64,000 bases of DNA from NCBI GenBank assembly GCA_964016885.1, contig OZ024747.1, positions 56,854,001 to 56,918,000 on the forward strand. The letters run 5' to 3'. This DNA comes from Eledone cirrhosa. Its lineage: Eukaryota. A program made the translations under genes and the position numbers. Position 1 is the first letter of the stretch; each line of letters opens with the position of its first letter. The notes beneath the pieces were generated by a model. The model did not search any database. It saw only the letters and a program-made list of their open reading frames with translations, and was not told the DNA's origin. Positions 28,263 through 43,936 of this stretch are shown here, piece after piece.

Positions 28263-28621
28263 CTATCTACACACTTATAAACACAAAAACACATATATTA
28301 GTGTATATATATATATACACATATATATATATATAATCATACATATGCATGTATTCTGATGGTAATAAACCACACATAAAAACTAGCATACAATATATAA
28401 ATGTCACACATAAAGGAAAAGAGCAGATTGTCTGATTGGACCAAGGAAACTAAGTTTCCACTAATCTTTTCATTGCTGAAACTGTTGGCTGGTCGCAATT
28501 GATAAACTACTAGCAAATGATATTGCACTAGAAACGCAGGTTTAAAAAAATAAAATCCTGTAATATAAAACACATTAGTATAGAAAAAATCATTAGCATA
28601 ATAAACACATTAATATAAAAG

Positions 28622-28905
28622 ATGGCTTGCAATCAGGAGGCTGTGAGGTCAATTCTCAGACAGGCATCGAACAAGACACTTTATTTCATGTTGCACCAGT
28701 TTTCTTAGCTGTAGAAATGAGTTGCGACATCACTGATGCCAAGCTGTATCGGCCATTGCCTTTCCCTTGGACAACATTGTTGGCATGGAGACTGGAATGC
28801 ATGGGCAACAACAGGTCTTCCACAAACAAACCTTGCCCAGGCTTGTGCCTTAGAGGAGAACTTTCTAGGTAAACATCTCGTGGTCATTCATGACCAAAGG
28901 AGGTC
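28622..28905 (+). mobile_element. SINE with family-A-like head/core but a different 3' part (family C)
   Basis: ggcttgcaatc...caattctcagac...caagacactttatttc...gctgtagaaatgag, then a distinct tail (aactttctag...tggtcatt also near 44265-44300). Confidence 0.6.
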
Positions 28906-29899
28906 ATTATAAAAGATGGTTATCCCAGTAATACTTCAACCATGCTACGAAGTACACTCTAATAAATAGTATCATTGGGTTACATTTATATATACAGAAC
29001 TCCTCTTGGCTTTCAAATTGTAACAGATAACTAAAGAGGTAACACAATATCAACAGAACTCCATTTGCATCTAAAACAAATCAACTTAATATACATACTC
29101 AAATATAAGCTGACCCGACAATTTTATGTTTGAAAAATGGGCAAAAATCCAAACCTTATTTATGTAGAATTTGAAGTTGGTGGAAATCCTCAAAATATTG
29201 ATCCCAAATATAAGAAGACCCACCCCAACTCAACCATCAATTTTTTTTGTTCACAGATTCCTCAGCTTATATTTAAGCATATACAGCACTTCATGAAGCC
29301 AACTACAAAACTTACTTAGGTTATAACCTTTTGTTCTACACATCTTGCTACTACAACCTGTAGGTAAACAATTCCTAAACTTTCTTCCAGACTGTCAACT
29401 AACTTAGTTACTTCAGCCACAAACTACAATGCTGCAGTCCGCAATGCTGAGGACTGGAAAACAAACAAATACTGGGGTTTGTTTAACTGCTTTATATTTG
29501 CACGGTTGTCGTTGAGACCTCGGGTGTCTTCAGACTCTGGACAGCTGACCTCCTCCGTAAAATCAGAACAATAGCAGCCCATCTGAAGAAGGAGCCCTGC
29601 AAGGTGGGGTAGCTGTTACAGTGGTTGTCACTTGCCATTGTCCATGGAAATGACTTTGCCATTTTGGCTGTGGGGTACAGCTGAAACACCACCTTGACCG
29701 AGGTGTAGATTGGTTGCCCTCTCCTCTTCCCCCTTCCTTTGCTTAATAGTCCTTGCTCTTTCCCTCATTTTCCTCTCATTTATGATATCTATATTCCATT
29801 CCAATGTTTTTTTCTTTTTTTGTATGTTTGATCAATTTATATTTATATCAACCAGAGAGTCACTCCAGGAAAAGCCCCTACTTCCCTGAATTGAGAGGT

Positions 29900-30140
29900 C
29901 ACATATCCAATAATATGGGCATGTGGTTAGAATGTCTCACCAAAAGAATCGCCAAATGGATTTTATGGGCAAAACCAACTGGCAGGAGACCCAGGTGTAG
30001 CCCTCGAGCAAGAAAGTTGGATAAAATCTATGAGATTAGCTGGTCTCACTTGGCAGATCAGTTGGAGACAGTTGCTTCTGACAGGACCCACTGGAAGCAG
30101 TGTTTGAGGACTCTGTCCCAACGACCCTCTCAGGAATAAG
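29900..30140 (+). mobile_element. RTE LINE 3' fragment (further family)
   Basis: IAKWILWAKPTGRRPRCSPRARKLD...VASDRTHWKQCLRTLSQRP*. Confidence 0.6.
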
Positions 30141-30389
30141 TGGGCAAAGAAGAACTATAAATTTATTCCTTTTCCACCCCCAAAAATCTACTAACTATGA
30201 TCACAATGTACATATCAACATAGAAAGCAAGGACACCCTTTATAAAGTTAAACAAAAGCCCAATGGAATAATATCTACAAAGAAACAGAATTTAGGTTTT
30301 CAGATTTCAGCAACACTAACATCAACAGCATAAAGACACTGTTGCATTTACATTCAACAAAATAATTACTGTCACATCTAAATCTCATA

Positions 30390-33300
30390 GAAATGGTAAT
30401 TGGGATAATGGAGGTGGTAGGAGATGATAATGGTGGTGATGAGATTGATGGTGGGGAGGGATAGTGGAGCAATGATGGTGGTGGCGGGGAGTGGTATTGA
30501 TGGTGATGGTGGTGCTTGTGGGCGTGATAGTAATGATGATGATGGTGGTGAGGGTGATAGCAGTGGCGGAGATGGAGGTGGAGGGAGGTGGTGGGAGGTG
30601 ATACTGGTGGTGATGATGGTGATGGTGGAAGTGGTATTTATGGTGATGGTGGTGGTTGTGGGGCATGATATTGATGACGGAAAATGGTAGTGGTGGTGAA
30701 GATGGCGGTGGGGGGGGGGGTGTGATTAGTGGTGGTGGTGGGAGGTCATTGTGGTGATGATGGTGGTGATCGTGGGAGTAATAGTGGTGACAATGAAGGT
30801 GGTGGTGAGAAGTGATGGTGTGGTCAGTTCTGATGGTATTGGTGGTAGTGGTAAGTGATAGTGGTGGCGATGATGGTAGGGGTGGGGATTGATAGTGGTG
30901 GCAGTGGTGGTGATGGTGATGGTAGTGGTGGTCAGTTAGTGTAGTAAAAGTGCTTGTGAAAGTGGAGGTTTTGGTAGTAGTAGAGGTGGTAGTGTTAATG
31001 TTGACAGTGGTGTTGATGGTGTGGTAGTGTTGGTCATAGTATTGGGGGGAGTTGTGTTATTGGACTGGTTGTAGTGGTGGTAGCTAATAGTGGTGGTGGT
31101 GGTGGTGGGAATAGTGTTAGTGGTATTAATGGTAGTGGTGGTGGTGGTGGTAGTAGTGGTAGGGCTAGTGGTGCCAGCAGTAGTGGCAGTGGTAATAGAA
31201 ATGGTGGTAGTATTGTGAGCAGTAGTGATGGTGCTAGTGATGGCAGTTACAGTGGCAGTAGTGGTGGTGGTAGTAGTGTTGATGGTAGTGGTGTTGGTGG
31301 TGGTAGTGGTGGGGCTAGTGGTGCCAGTAGTAGTGATAGTGGTAATGGTGTTGGTGGTAGTAGTGTTGGCGGCAGAGGTGTTGGTGGTAGTGGTGCCAGT
31401 ACTGTTAGTGGTAGTGCTGCTGGTGGTAGTGGTGTTGGTGGTAGTGGTGCCAGTAGTACTGTTGGTTGTAGTGGTGTTGGTGGTAGTACTGTTGGTGGTA
31501 GTGCTGCTGGTGGTAGAGGTGTTGGTGGTAGTGGTGCCAGTAGTAGTGGTGCTAGTGGTTGTAGTGTTGGTTGTAGTGGTGCCAGTAGCAGTGGTGTTGG
31601 TGGTAGTGGTGCTGCTGGAAGTGGTGTTGGTGGTAGTGGTGCCAGTAGTGGTGTTGGTGGCAGTGGTGCAGTTCATAGTAGTGCCAGTAGTAGTGATGTT
31701 GGTGGTAGTGGTGCTGGTGGTAGTGGTGCCAGTAGTAGTAGTGTTGGTGGTAGTGGTGCTAGTAGTAGTGTTGATGGTGGTAGTGGTGTTGGTAGTAGTG
31801 GTGCTGGTGGTAGTGGTGCTGGTGGTAGTGGTGCCAGTAGTAGTAGTGTTGGTGGTAGTGGTGTCAGTAGTAGTAGTGTTGGCAGTTGTGGTGTTGGTAG
31901 TAGTGGTGCTGGTGGTAGTGGCGCTGGTGGTAGTGGTGCCAGTAGTAGTAGTGTTGGTAGTAATGGTGCTGGTGGTAGTGGTGTTGATGGTAGTGGTGTC
32001 AGTAGTAGTAGTGCTGGCAGTAGTTGTGTTGGCAGTAGTGGTGTTGGTGGTAGTGGTGTTGGTAGTAGTGGTGTTGGTAGCAGTGCTGCTGGTGGTAGTG
32101 GTGTTGGTAGTAGTGGTGCTGGTGGTAGTGGTTTTGGTGATAGTGGTGCTGGTAGTAGTGGTGTTGGTAGTAGTGGTGCTGGTGGTAGTGGTGCTGGTAG
32201 TAGTAGTGTTGGCAGTAGTGGTGTTGGTAGTAGTGGTGCTGGTGGTAGTGGTGCTGGTAGTAGTGGTGCCAGTTGTAGTAGTGTTGGTGGTAGTGGTGTT
32301 GGTGGTAGTGGTGCTGGTGGTAGTGGTGCCAGTAGTAGTAGTGTTGGCAGTAGTGGTGTTGGCAGTAGTGGTGCTGGTGGTAGTGGTGCTGGTGGTAGTG
32401 GTGCTGGTAGTAGTGGTGTTGGTAGTAGTGGTGCTGGTGGTAGTGGTGCTGGTAGTAGTAGTGTTGGCAGTAGTGGTGTTGGTAGCAGTGGTGCTGGTGG
32501 TAGTGGTGGTGCTGGTAGTAGTGGTGCCAGTTGTAGTAGTGTTGGTGGTAGTGGTGTTGGTGGTAGTGGTGCCAGTAGTAGTAGTGTTGGCAGTAGTGGT
32601 GTTGATGGTAGTGGTGCCAGTAGTAGTAGTGTTGGCAGTAGTGGTGTTGATGGTAGTGGTGCCAGTAGTAGTAGTGTTGGCAGTAGTGGTGTTGGTGGTA
32701 GTGGTGCCAGTAGTAGTAGTGTTGGCAGTAGTGGTGTTGGTGGTAGTGGTGCCAGTAGTAGTAGTGTTGGCAGTAGTGGTGTTGATGGTAGTGGTGCCAG
32801 TAGTAGTAGTGTTGGCAGTAGTGGTGTTGGTGGTAGTGGTGCCAGTAGTAGTAGTGTTGGCAGTAGTGGTGTTGGTGGTAGTGGTGCCAGTAGTAGTAGT
32901 GTTGGCAGTAGTGGTGTTGGTGGTAGTGGTGCCAGTAGTAGTAGTGTTGGCAGTAGTGGTGTTGGTGGTAGTGGTGCCAGTAGTAGTAGTGTTGGCAGTA
33001 GTGGTGTTGGTGGTAGTGGTGCCAGTAGTAGTAGTGTTGGCAGTAGTGGTGTTGGTGGTAGTGGTGCCAGTAGTAGTAGTGTTGGCAGTAGTGGTGTTGG
33101 TGGTAGTGTTGCCAGTAGTAGTAGTGTTGGCAGTAGTGGTGTTGATGGTAGTGGTGCCAGTAGTAGTAGTGTTGGCAGTAGTGGTGTTGGTGGTAGTGGT
33201 GCCAGTAGTAGTAGTGTTGGCAGTAGTGGTGTTGGTGGTAGTGGTGCCAGTAGTAGTAGTGTTGGCAGTAGTGGTGTTGGTGGTAGTGGTGCCAGTAGTA

Positions 33301-34470
33301 GTAGTGTTGGCAGTAGTGGTGTTGGTGGTAGTGGTGCCAGTAGTAGTAGTGTTGGCAGTAGTGGTGTTGATGGTAGTGGTGCCAGTAGTAGTAGTGTTGG
33401 CAGTAGTGGTGTTGGTGGTAGTGGTGCCAGTAGTAGTAGTGTTGGCAGTAGTGGTGTTGGTGGTAGTGGTGCCAGTAGTAGTAGTGTTGGCAGTAGTGGT
33501 GTTGGTGGTAGTGGTGCCAGTAGTAGTAGTGTTGGCAGTAGTAGTGGTGCCAGTAATAGTAGTGTTGGCAGTAGTCGCGGTGGTGGTAGTGGTGCCAGTA
33601 GTAGTAGTGTGGTGGTAGTAGTGTTGGCAGTAGTGTGGTGGTAGTGGTGCTGGTCAGCAGTGATAGATGGTCAGACTGATTAGGTGAGGATAACAACAGA
33701 GGCTGCAGTGAAGAATATTACAAAAATGTGTGGATGGACAGATGAGGAAAAAATATAATGTAAAAAATAGTGTGGGGGGGGGGGGGGGGGATGATGATGG
33801 TGGTGGTGGTGGTAGAAGGGTAGTGGTGTAGGGTTGGGTTGGAGTGTGATGGTGCCCCCCCCCCGGGTGGTGTAGTGGTAGAGGTGGGTGGGGCTGATGG
33901 AGTGGTGGTTGTGGTGGTGGTGGTGGTGGTGATAGAAGGGTAGCGGTGTAGGGTTGGGTTGGAGTGTGATGGTGGGGCCCGGGTGGTGTAGTGGTAGAGG
34001 TGGGTGGGGGATGATGGAGTGGTGGTGGTGGAGTGTGGGGATGGTGGTGATGGTGGTGGTGGTAGCAGTAGTAGAAGTGTTGGTGGTGGTGGTGATAGTG
34101 GTGGTGGTAACAGTAGTGGGGGGTGTTGGTGGTAGTAATGATGGTGGTGGTGGTGATAGTGGTGGTGGTACCAGTAGTGGGGGTGTTGGTGGTAGTGAGG
34201 ATGGTGGTGGTGAGAGTGGTGGTGGTAACAGTAGTGGGGGGTGTTGGTGGTGGTGATGATGGTGGTGGTGGTGATGGTGGTGGTGGTAACAGTAGTGGGG
34301 GTGTTGGTGGTGGGGTAGCAGTAGTGGGGGTGTTGGTGGTGGTGATGATGGGGGTGGTGATGGTGGGTGGTGGTAGTAGTGGGGGTGAGGGTGGTGGTGG
34401 TAGCAGTTGTGGGGGTGATGGTGGTAGTGATGATGGTGGTGGTGATGATGGTGGTGGTGATGGTGGAAAT
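30390..34470. repeat. G-rich trinucleotide-based satellite region with a homogenised 45-bp unit (~32530-33540)
   Basis: gtggtgccagtagtagtagtgttggcagtagtggtgttggtggta repeated more than 20 times (3 x 15-bp subunits). Confidence 0.9.
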
Positions 34471-35141
34471 ATGTGAGAGAGACTGTGAGAGAAAGTGGGA
34501 GAGGGTGAAAGGAATAGTGAAAGTATGTGAGGAAAACAAAGGGAAAAGAGAAGTGGATTTTGGATAGATAGATAGATAGATAGATAGGGAGAGAGAGAGA
34601 GAGAGTGATGGAGAGTGAGGAAGTGTGAAAGAGGGGGGAGAAGGAAGGAGGATAGGCAGAGAGGTGGGTATAGAAAGAGAGAGTAGGGAGAGGAGAGGAT
34701 TGAGAGAGAGAAAAAGAGATTGTCTGAAAATAAAGGATATAGAGGCAGAGAGAAGGATAGAGAGAGTGGGCATAGAGAGAGAGAGAGACTAGGAGAGAGA
34801 GAGAGAGAGAGAGAGACTAGGAGAGAGAGAGAGAGAGAGAGAGACTAGGAGAGAGAGAGACATTGATGAGGATAGAGAGAGAGAGAGAGGAATCATAGAG
34901 TGAGAGACAAAGAGAAACTAGGAGAGAGACATTGATGAGGATAGAGAGAGAGGGCATAGAGAGAGAGACTGTGAGAGAAAGTGTGTGAAGAGAGAAAGAA
35001 TAGAGAGTGGGGTTTAGAGATAGAAAGAGTGAATAAAGAGAGAGAGGTGTAGAGAGAGTATGTATAGAGAGAGTGAGAGGAAGGGGGAGAGAGATAATGA
35101 GATGTGGAGAAGTAGTGAGAAAGAGTAAATAGAGATTGGAA

Positions 35142-35215
<74 letters not shown>

Positions 35216-35690
35216 AAGAGAGAGAAAGTGTAAAAGGAGGGAGAGTGCGATAGATATATATATATAGAGAGAGAGTGGAGAGATTGAGAGATTATGTAAG
35301 AAGACAGAAATTGAAGCTGCTAAAAAGAGAAAGACAGAAAGATAGATAGAAAAAGTGGGATAAGTGAGAAGATGCTACAGAGAGAGAGACAGAGGATATA
35401 GTGAGAGAGAGAGAGAGATGATTTTGTGAGAGAGAGAGAGGGGGATATAGTGAGAGAGGATATAGTGAGAGGGAGAGAGAGAGAGGATACAGTGAGAGGG
35501 AAAGACAGATTGTGTAAGATAGTAAGGGGATATAGAGAGTGAAATGAGAGGGAGGGTGGGAGAGTGATGTAGCAAGAGATAAACAGAGAAAGGGGGAGGT
35601 GGCTAAGTAAAAAATAAATAAATACTGCCCAGAGATGGATGGAGTAGCAGGATGAGGTAGATTGGAGCAGGAGGGGGAGTTATACAGCAA
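34470..35690. repeat. (GA)n polypurine low-complexity tract
   Basis: Direct reading. Confidence 0.9.
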
Positions 35691-35729
35691 GGCCTCATAG
35701 TGAAAAAAAGGGATTTATTTGAAGAGTAA

Positions 35730-36780
35730 TGGTGGAGGTGATGGTGGTGGTGGTGGTGGTGTTGTTGTGGTACTAGTGATGATGCTGGTGGTGGTGTGGT
35801 GCTAGTGATGGTGGTGGTGGTGGTGGTGGTGGTAGTTGTGGTGGTGGTGGCAATGGTTGTAGTGGTGTTAGTGGTGTTAGTGGTGGTGGTAGCGGGGGTG
35901 GTAGTGATGATGGTGGTAGTGTTGCTAATAGTGGTGATGGTGGGGGTGGTAGTGTTGTTGGTGGTAGTGTTGCTAATAGTGTGATGGTGGGGGTTGTAGT
36001 GTTGTTGGTGGTAGTGTTGCTAATAGTGGTGATGGTGGTGGTTGTAGTGTTGTTGGTGGTAGTGTTGCTAATAGTGGTGGTTGTAGTGTTGTTGGTGTTG
36101 GTAATAATGGTGATGGTGGTGGTAGTGTTGTTGGTGGTAGTGTTGCTAATAGTGGTGATGGTGGTGGTAGTGTTGTTGGTGGTAGTGTTGCTAATAGTGG
36201 TGATGGTGGGGGTGGTAGTGTTGTTGGTGGTAGTGTTGCTAATAGTGGTGATGGTGGGGGTGGTAGTGTTGTTGGTGGTAGTGTTGCTAATAGTGGTGAT
36301 GGTGGGGGTGGTAGTGATGGTGGTGGTAGTGTTGCTAACAGTGGTGATGGTGGAGGTTGTAGTGTTGTTGGTGTTGGTAATAGTGGTGATGGTGGTGGTT
36401 GTGGTGATGGTGGGAGTTGTAGTTCTGGTGGGGGTTGTAGTGTTGGTGGTGTTGGTAATAGTGGTGATGGTGGTGGTTGTAGTTCTGGTGGGGGTTGTAG
36501 TGTTGGTGGTGTTGGTAATAGTGGTGTTGGTGGTGGTAGAGATGGTGGTAATAGTGGACATAGTAGTGGTTGCAGTGATGGTGTTGGTAATAGCAGCGAT
36601 GGTAGTGTTGGTGGTGGTGTTGGTGGTAGTGTTGCTTGTAGAGGTGGTTGTGTGAGTGGTATTCATGTTGTTAGTAGTGATGATGATGGTGGTGCTTGGT
36701 GTGATGATAATTATTATGATTTTGATGATGGTGGTGATGGTGATGGTGCTGGTCATGATCATGATGATGATAGTGGTGAG
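35730..36780. repeat. ~45-48-bp minisatellite (gtagtgttgttggtggtagtgttgctaatagtggtgatggtggg) within a (GGT)n tract
   Basis: gttgctaatagtggt recurs regularly over 35920-36340. Confidence 0.8.
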
Positions 36781-36784
36781 TGTA

Positions 36785-36785
36785 A

Positions 36786-36842
<57 letters not shown>

Positions 36843-36863
36843 CAGCAGCAGCAGCAGCAGTGA

Positions 36864-36956
<93 letters not shown>

Positions 36957-36958
36957 CA

Positions 36959-36989
<31 letters not shown>

Positions 36990-36992
36990 TGA

Positions 36993-37046
<54 letters not shown>

Positions 37047-37090
37047 CAGCAGCAGCAGCAGAGCAGCAGCAGCAGCAGCAGTAGCAGCAC

Positions 37091-37179
<89 letters not shown>

Positions 37180-37211
37180 ATAGTAGTAGTAGCAGCAGCA
37201 ACAGCAGCAGC

Positions 37212-37243
<32 letters not shown>

Positions 37244-37264
37244 CAGCAGCAGCAGCAGCAGTAT

Positions 37265-37315
<51 letters not shown>

Positions 37316-37335
37316 CAGCAGCAGCAGCAGCAGCC

Positions 37336-37396
<61 letters not shown>

Positions 37397-37402
37397 CAGC
37401 AA

Positions 37403-37486
<84 letters not shown>

Positions 37487-37505
37487 CAACAGCAGCGGCA
37501 GCGGC

Positions 37506-37543
<38 letters not shown>

Positions 37544-37570
37544 CAGTAGTAGTAGTAGCAGCAGCAGCAC

Positions 37571-37615
<45 letters not shown>

Positions 37616-37643
37616 CAGTAGTAGTAGTAGTAGTAGTAGTAGT
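36785..37643. repeat. Alternating (AGT)n/(AGC)n blocks
   Basis: Direct reading. Confidence 0.95.
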
Positions 37644-37974
37644 ACATATAGCCCTAATGGTCATTTCTATAGTTCAAGAGAGTGCTGTTTTTTTTGGGTT
37701 TATTTGTTTTGCAGTTCTTGTTTAGCCCTTGGTCAACCGTGTTCTAGCAGACAGATGATCAAAACCATGTCAACCATGACCACCCTGCCTTATTGAATAT
37801 CTAGAGATTATATTATGTAGAATATCCTTTTATATTTAAAAGAGAAAACTGATTTAAGGTAGATTTCACAGCTATATCCAGTAGAGCGACTGACCACATT
37901 GTGGTACTCTCATTCATTCTTGTGATGATAATGATGATGATGGTCACTATTATTATTATTATGACGTAATACTA

Positions 37975-38060
37975 TTCATCCTTACGGGGTCGATAAAATA
38001 AAGTACCAGTAATACATTGGTTAATTGCTGGCCTTGTGCCTAAAGTAGAAACAGTTATTG
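37975..38060 (+). mobile_element. SINE-B 3' fragment
   Basis: ttcatccttacggggtcgataaaataaagtacc...gtagaaacag. Confidence 0.75.
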
Positions 38061-38129
38061 TTATTATTGTCAAGTTAAAAATTTGAAAAAATAGAAAATA
38101 TATGCACAGAAGCACACACGCATGCCCAC

Positions 38130-40110
<1,981 letters not shown>

Positions 40111-40133
40111 TTTATGTATGCATATTTATAAAT

Positions 40134-40164
<31 letters not shown>

Positions 40165-40262
40165 CATTAAAAATATTAAAATCACACACAATTGAATAAC
40201 ATAAACTCCTTTCAACATACATTTTTATCCAAATTTTTACACACACACACACACACACATAG

Positions 40263-40297
<35 letters not shown>

Positions 40298-40779
40298 CAC
40301 ATGTGTGTGCATATGGAATGATATCCATACACACACATATACATGCATTCATGCATGCATGCGCCTTACATGTTACATCACAAACGTGCTTAAAAATATG
40401 TGTATGTGTCTACATATATAGATGCATGGCTCCATGTAGTAATACATATAGATAAAATATATATATTACACACATACATATATGCATACATTTATATACA
40501 TACACAACAATTTTCTACCACAGCCCATGATTTTCCTGCCTCACCACCACCTCTAGACCCCTATCCTCATCATTTCACAGAGTTTCTAGTACCACCATCA
40601 CTACCACACAGCCACCACAACCACAACCACCACCAGAGACACTGCTACCTCCACACAAACACTACCACTACAGAGCCACTACTACCAACACACAACCACT
40701 ATCACTACTACCACACAACCACTGTCACTACTACCACTACTACCTACCACACAAATACTACCACTACAGAGCCAACCAT

Positions 40780-41400
40780 CACTACACAACCACTACCACC
40801 ACACAGCCTCTACTACGACCATACAACCACTACTACCACCACGCAGCCTCTACTATGACCACACAACCACTACTACCACCACACAGCCTCTACTACCACC
40901 ACACAACCACTACTACCACCACACAGACTCTACTACCACCACACAACCACTACTACCACCACACAGACTCTACTACCACCACACAGCCTCTACTACCACC
41001 ACACAGCCTCTACTACCACCACACAACCACTACTACCACCACACAGACTCTACTACGACCACACAACCACTACTACCACCACGCAGCCTCTACTATGACC
41101 ACACAACCACTACTACCACCACACAGCCTCTACTACCACCACACAACCACTACTACCACCACACAGACTCTACTACCACCACACAACCACTACTACCACC
41201 ACACAGACTCTACTACCACCACACAACCACTACTACCACCACACAGCCTCTACTACCACCAAACAACCACTACTACCACCACACAGACTCTACTACCACC
41301 ACACAACCACTACTACCACCACACAGCCACTACTACCACCACACAGCCTCTACTACTACCACCACACAGCCACTACTACCACCACACAGCCTCTACTACC
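40780..41400. repeat. 20-bp minisatellite (acacaaccac/acacagcctc/acacagactc + tactaccacc) with a 240-bp higher-order period
   Basis: Variant pattern ...tactacgacc...acgcagcctctactatgacc recurs at 40801 and 41041. Confidence 0.85.
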
Positions 41401-42654
41401 ACCACCAAACCATCACCATACCATCACCACACCACTACCATACCATACCGTCACCATACCATCACCACACCACTACCATACCATCACCATACCATCACCA
41501 CACCACTACCATACCATCACCATCACCATACAACCAACACCATACAATCACCATACCACCACACCACCACCATACCATCACCATACCATCACCACACCAC
41601 TACCATACCATCACCATCACCATCACCATCACCATACAACCAACACCATACAATCACCATACCACCACACCACCAGCATACCGTCACCATACCATCACCA
41701 TCAAGCCACACTATCTACATCGCCTCACCCCACAACCACCACAATTTAATACAAGTAAGGCCACCTCCAGCACCAAAGTCCACTATTTCAAGTATGCATA
41801 TACATACATACATACATATATATATATATACATACATACACACATGCATACAATAATATATATGTACATACATACATACATACATTATATATATACATAC
41901 ATACATGCATACATACATATATATATATATATGTACATACATACATACGTACATATATACATACATAGATGTACACATATACACATACACAGTCTTCTAC
42001 CCTCACCACCACCACCACTACCACCATCACCAATACTTCCACCACCACCACTCCCCACTACCATGACCTCAACCACTACCACTCCCCCCACTGCACTGCA
42101 CCTCTACCCCCACTACCACCACCATCACCTCCATCACCACCATCACCTCCACCACCCCTCAGAACACTACACCCAATCCTCCCCCACCCCACCACAACTC
42201 CCCCCACCACCACCACACTCCTCCATCACCACCGTGACCACACCACCACCACCACCACAGCTACACAACCCCCATCACCACCACCGCAACACCACAACCA
42301 CCTCTGCCACCACACCACCACCACCACTACCACCACACCCCCACCGCACCCCCACCACCATACCACACTCCCCCACCACCTCACCACCACCACTCCCCCA
42401 CCCCACCACTACAACACCACACTCCCCCACCGCCCCCACACACCACCACCACCGCCACCACTCCTCCACCACCACCACCACTCCCCCACCACCACCACAC
42501 CACACTCCCCCACCACCACCACACCACACTCCCCCACCACCGCCACCGCTGCCACCTAAGTCCATCATTACAACAGAGAAAATATTCACTCAACCCTTTT
42601 TTATTGATTTCAAAGACTGTCCAAAAATTCCTTTGCTACTGTAAAACATCAGCT

Positions 42655-43010
42655 GCTACCATTGGGGAGTGGTATGAGAGGATGAGAGAGATAGAGAGAG
42701 GGTGTAGGAGGCTACCATTGGGGAGTGGTATGAGAGGATGAGAGAGATAGAGAGAGGGGAGGAGGCTACCATTGGGGAGTGGTATGAGAGGATGAGAGAG
42801 ATAGAGAGAGGGGGAGGAGGCTAGCATTGGGGAGTGGTATGAGAGGATGAGAGAGATAGAGAGAGGGGGGAGGAGGCTATCATTGGGGAGTGGTATGAGA
42901 GGGTGAGAAAGATAGAGAGAGGGGGGAGGAGGCTACCATTGGGGAGTGGTATGAGGATGAGAGAGATAGAGAGAGGGAGGAGGAGGCTACCATTAGAGAA
43001 TGGTATGAGG
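42655..43010. repeat. ~55-bp minisatellite, 6-7 copies (gctaccattggggagtggtatgagaggatgagagagatagagagagg..aggag)
   Basis: Direct reading. Confidence 0.9.
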
Positions 43011-43347
43011 GGGGGTGATAGAGATATAGAGAGAAGGATGTGGTGGTGGGTGGGGCGGTTAATGGGGAAGTGGGTGGTGTGGTGGGTGGAGTGGTTAGTG
43101 GGGGGAGTGGTTAGTGGTGAGTGGAGTGGTTAGTGGGGGTGGTGGGTGGAGTGGTGGTGAGGGTGATGGTGGTGGTGTTTAATACTGCAGTGACAGAAGG
43201 ACCGAAACACTAGGGAACCAGATTACAGTAGAAATTGAAGGATGAGAATCGAGAATGTGCTGTCGTGGGGATGAGGGAGGTGAGCAGATAACCATGGAGG
43301 TGGAGGGAGATGATGCAAATACATATTTATATATATATATATATATA

Positions 43348-43690
43348 GTTATACTTTGGGAGGGTCATGTTGCCAATAAGAAACACACGCACCAGTTACA
43401 TTCACTTCAATTTATTATGAATTAAATTTATAAATTTAAGAATTTATAAATTTCCGGTTGGCTGGTTGGTTGGTTCCACAACCGGACGGTTGTTCATATA
43501 TTGTCAAAGTTCTTTCGTCACAGATTCTCTGACCTCTTCAGTGACTGGGGATTCTTCTCTTTGTTTTGTGCCTCTCCTTTGTTCTGTCCTCCCCCATCTT
43601 ATTGGCAACATGACCCTCCCAAAGTATAACAATATCGGTTTCAACACACGTTTTCAGATAAAGAATCTTGCTAAACAAATTCAGAAACGA
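43348..43690. mobile_element. Short Penelope-like remnant: 34-bp perfect inverted repeats plus a one-sided extension, containing a hammerhead motif
   Basis: 43348-43381 is the reverse complement of 43597-43630; both flanks are (TA)n. Confidence 0.55.
43503..43545 (-). ncRNA. Minimal type I hammerhead-like motif
   Basis: GUCA-CUGAAGA-G-GUCA/gagaaucug/UGAC-GAA-AG/aa/CU-U-UGAC. Confidence 0.6.
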
Positions 43691-43691
43691 A

Positions 43692-43752
<61 letters not shown>

Positions 43753-43936
43753 TATATATAAATACATAAACGGAGAAAGCTAATAGCGATACTCCGGCCA
43801 AATTCCAACTCACTCAACAAACATTTAGGAAATATCTGAGTATATTCCTAATTAAACGTTCGGGGTGCTAACTATATTGTATTGTGTGGAGAATTGGCTG
43901 TATCAGTTCATATGAGATATATCAAATATATGACTT

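Noticed and set aside
29490-29545. CUGAAGA-CAC...GUG-CAAA on the minus strand
   Set aside because: G12 is missing and no stem I or III pairing is present
33770-34400. G-quadruplex-like or telomere-like G runs (gggttgggtt)
   Set aside because: No TTAGGG array; G runs are a by-product of the low-complexity tract
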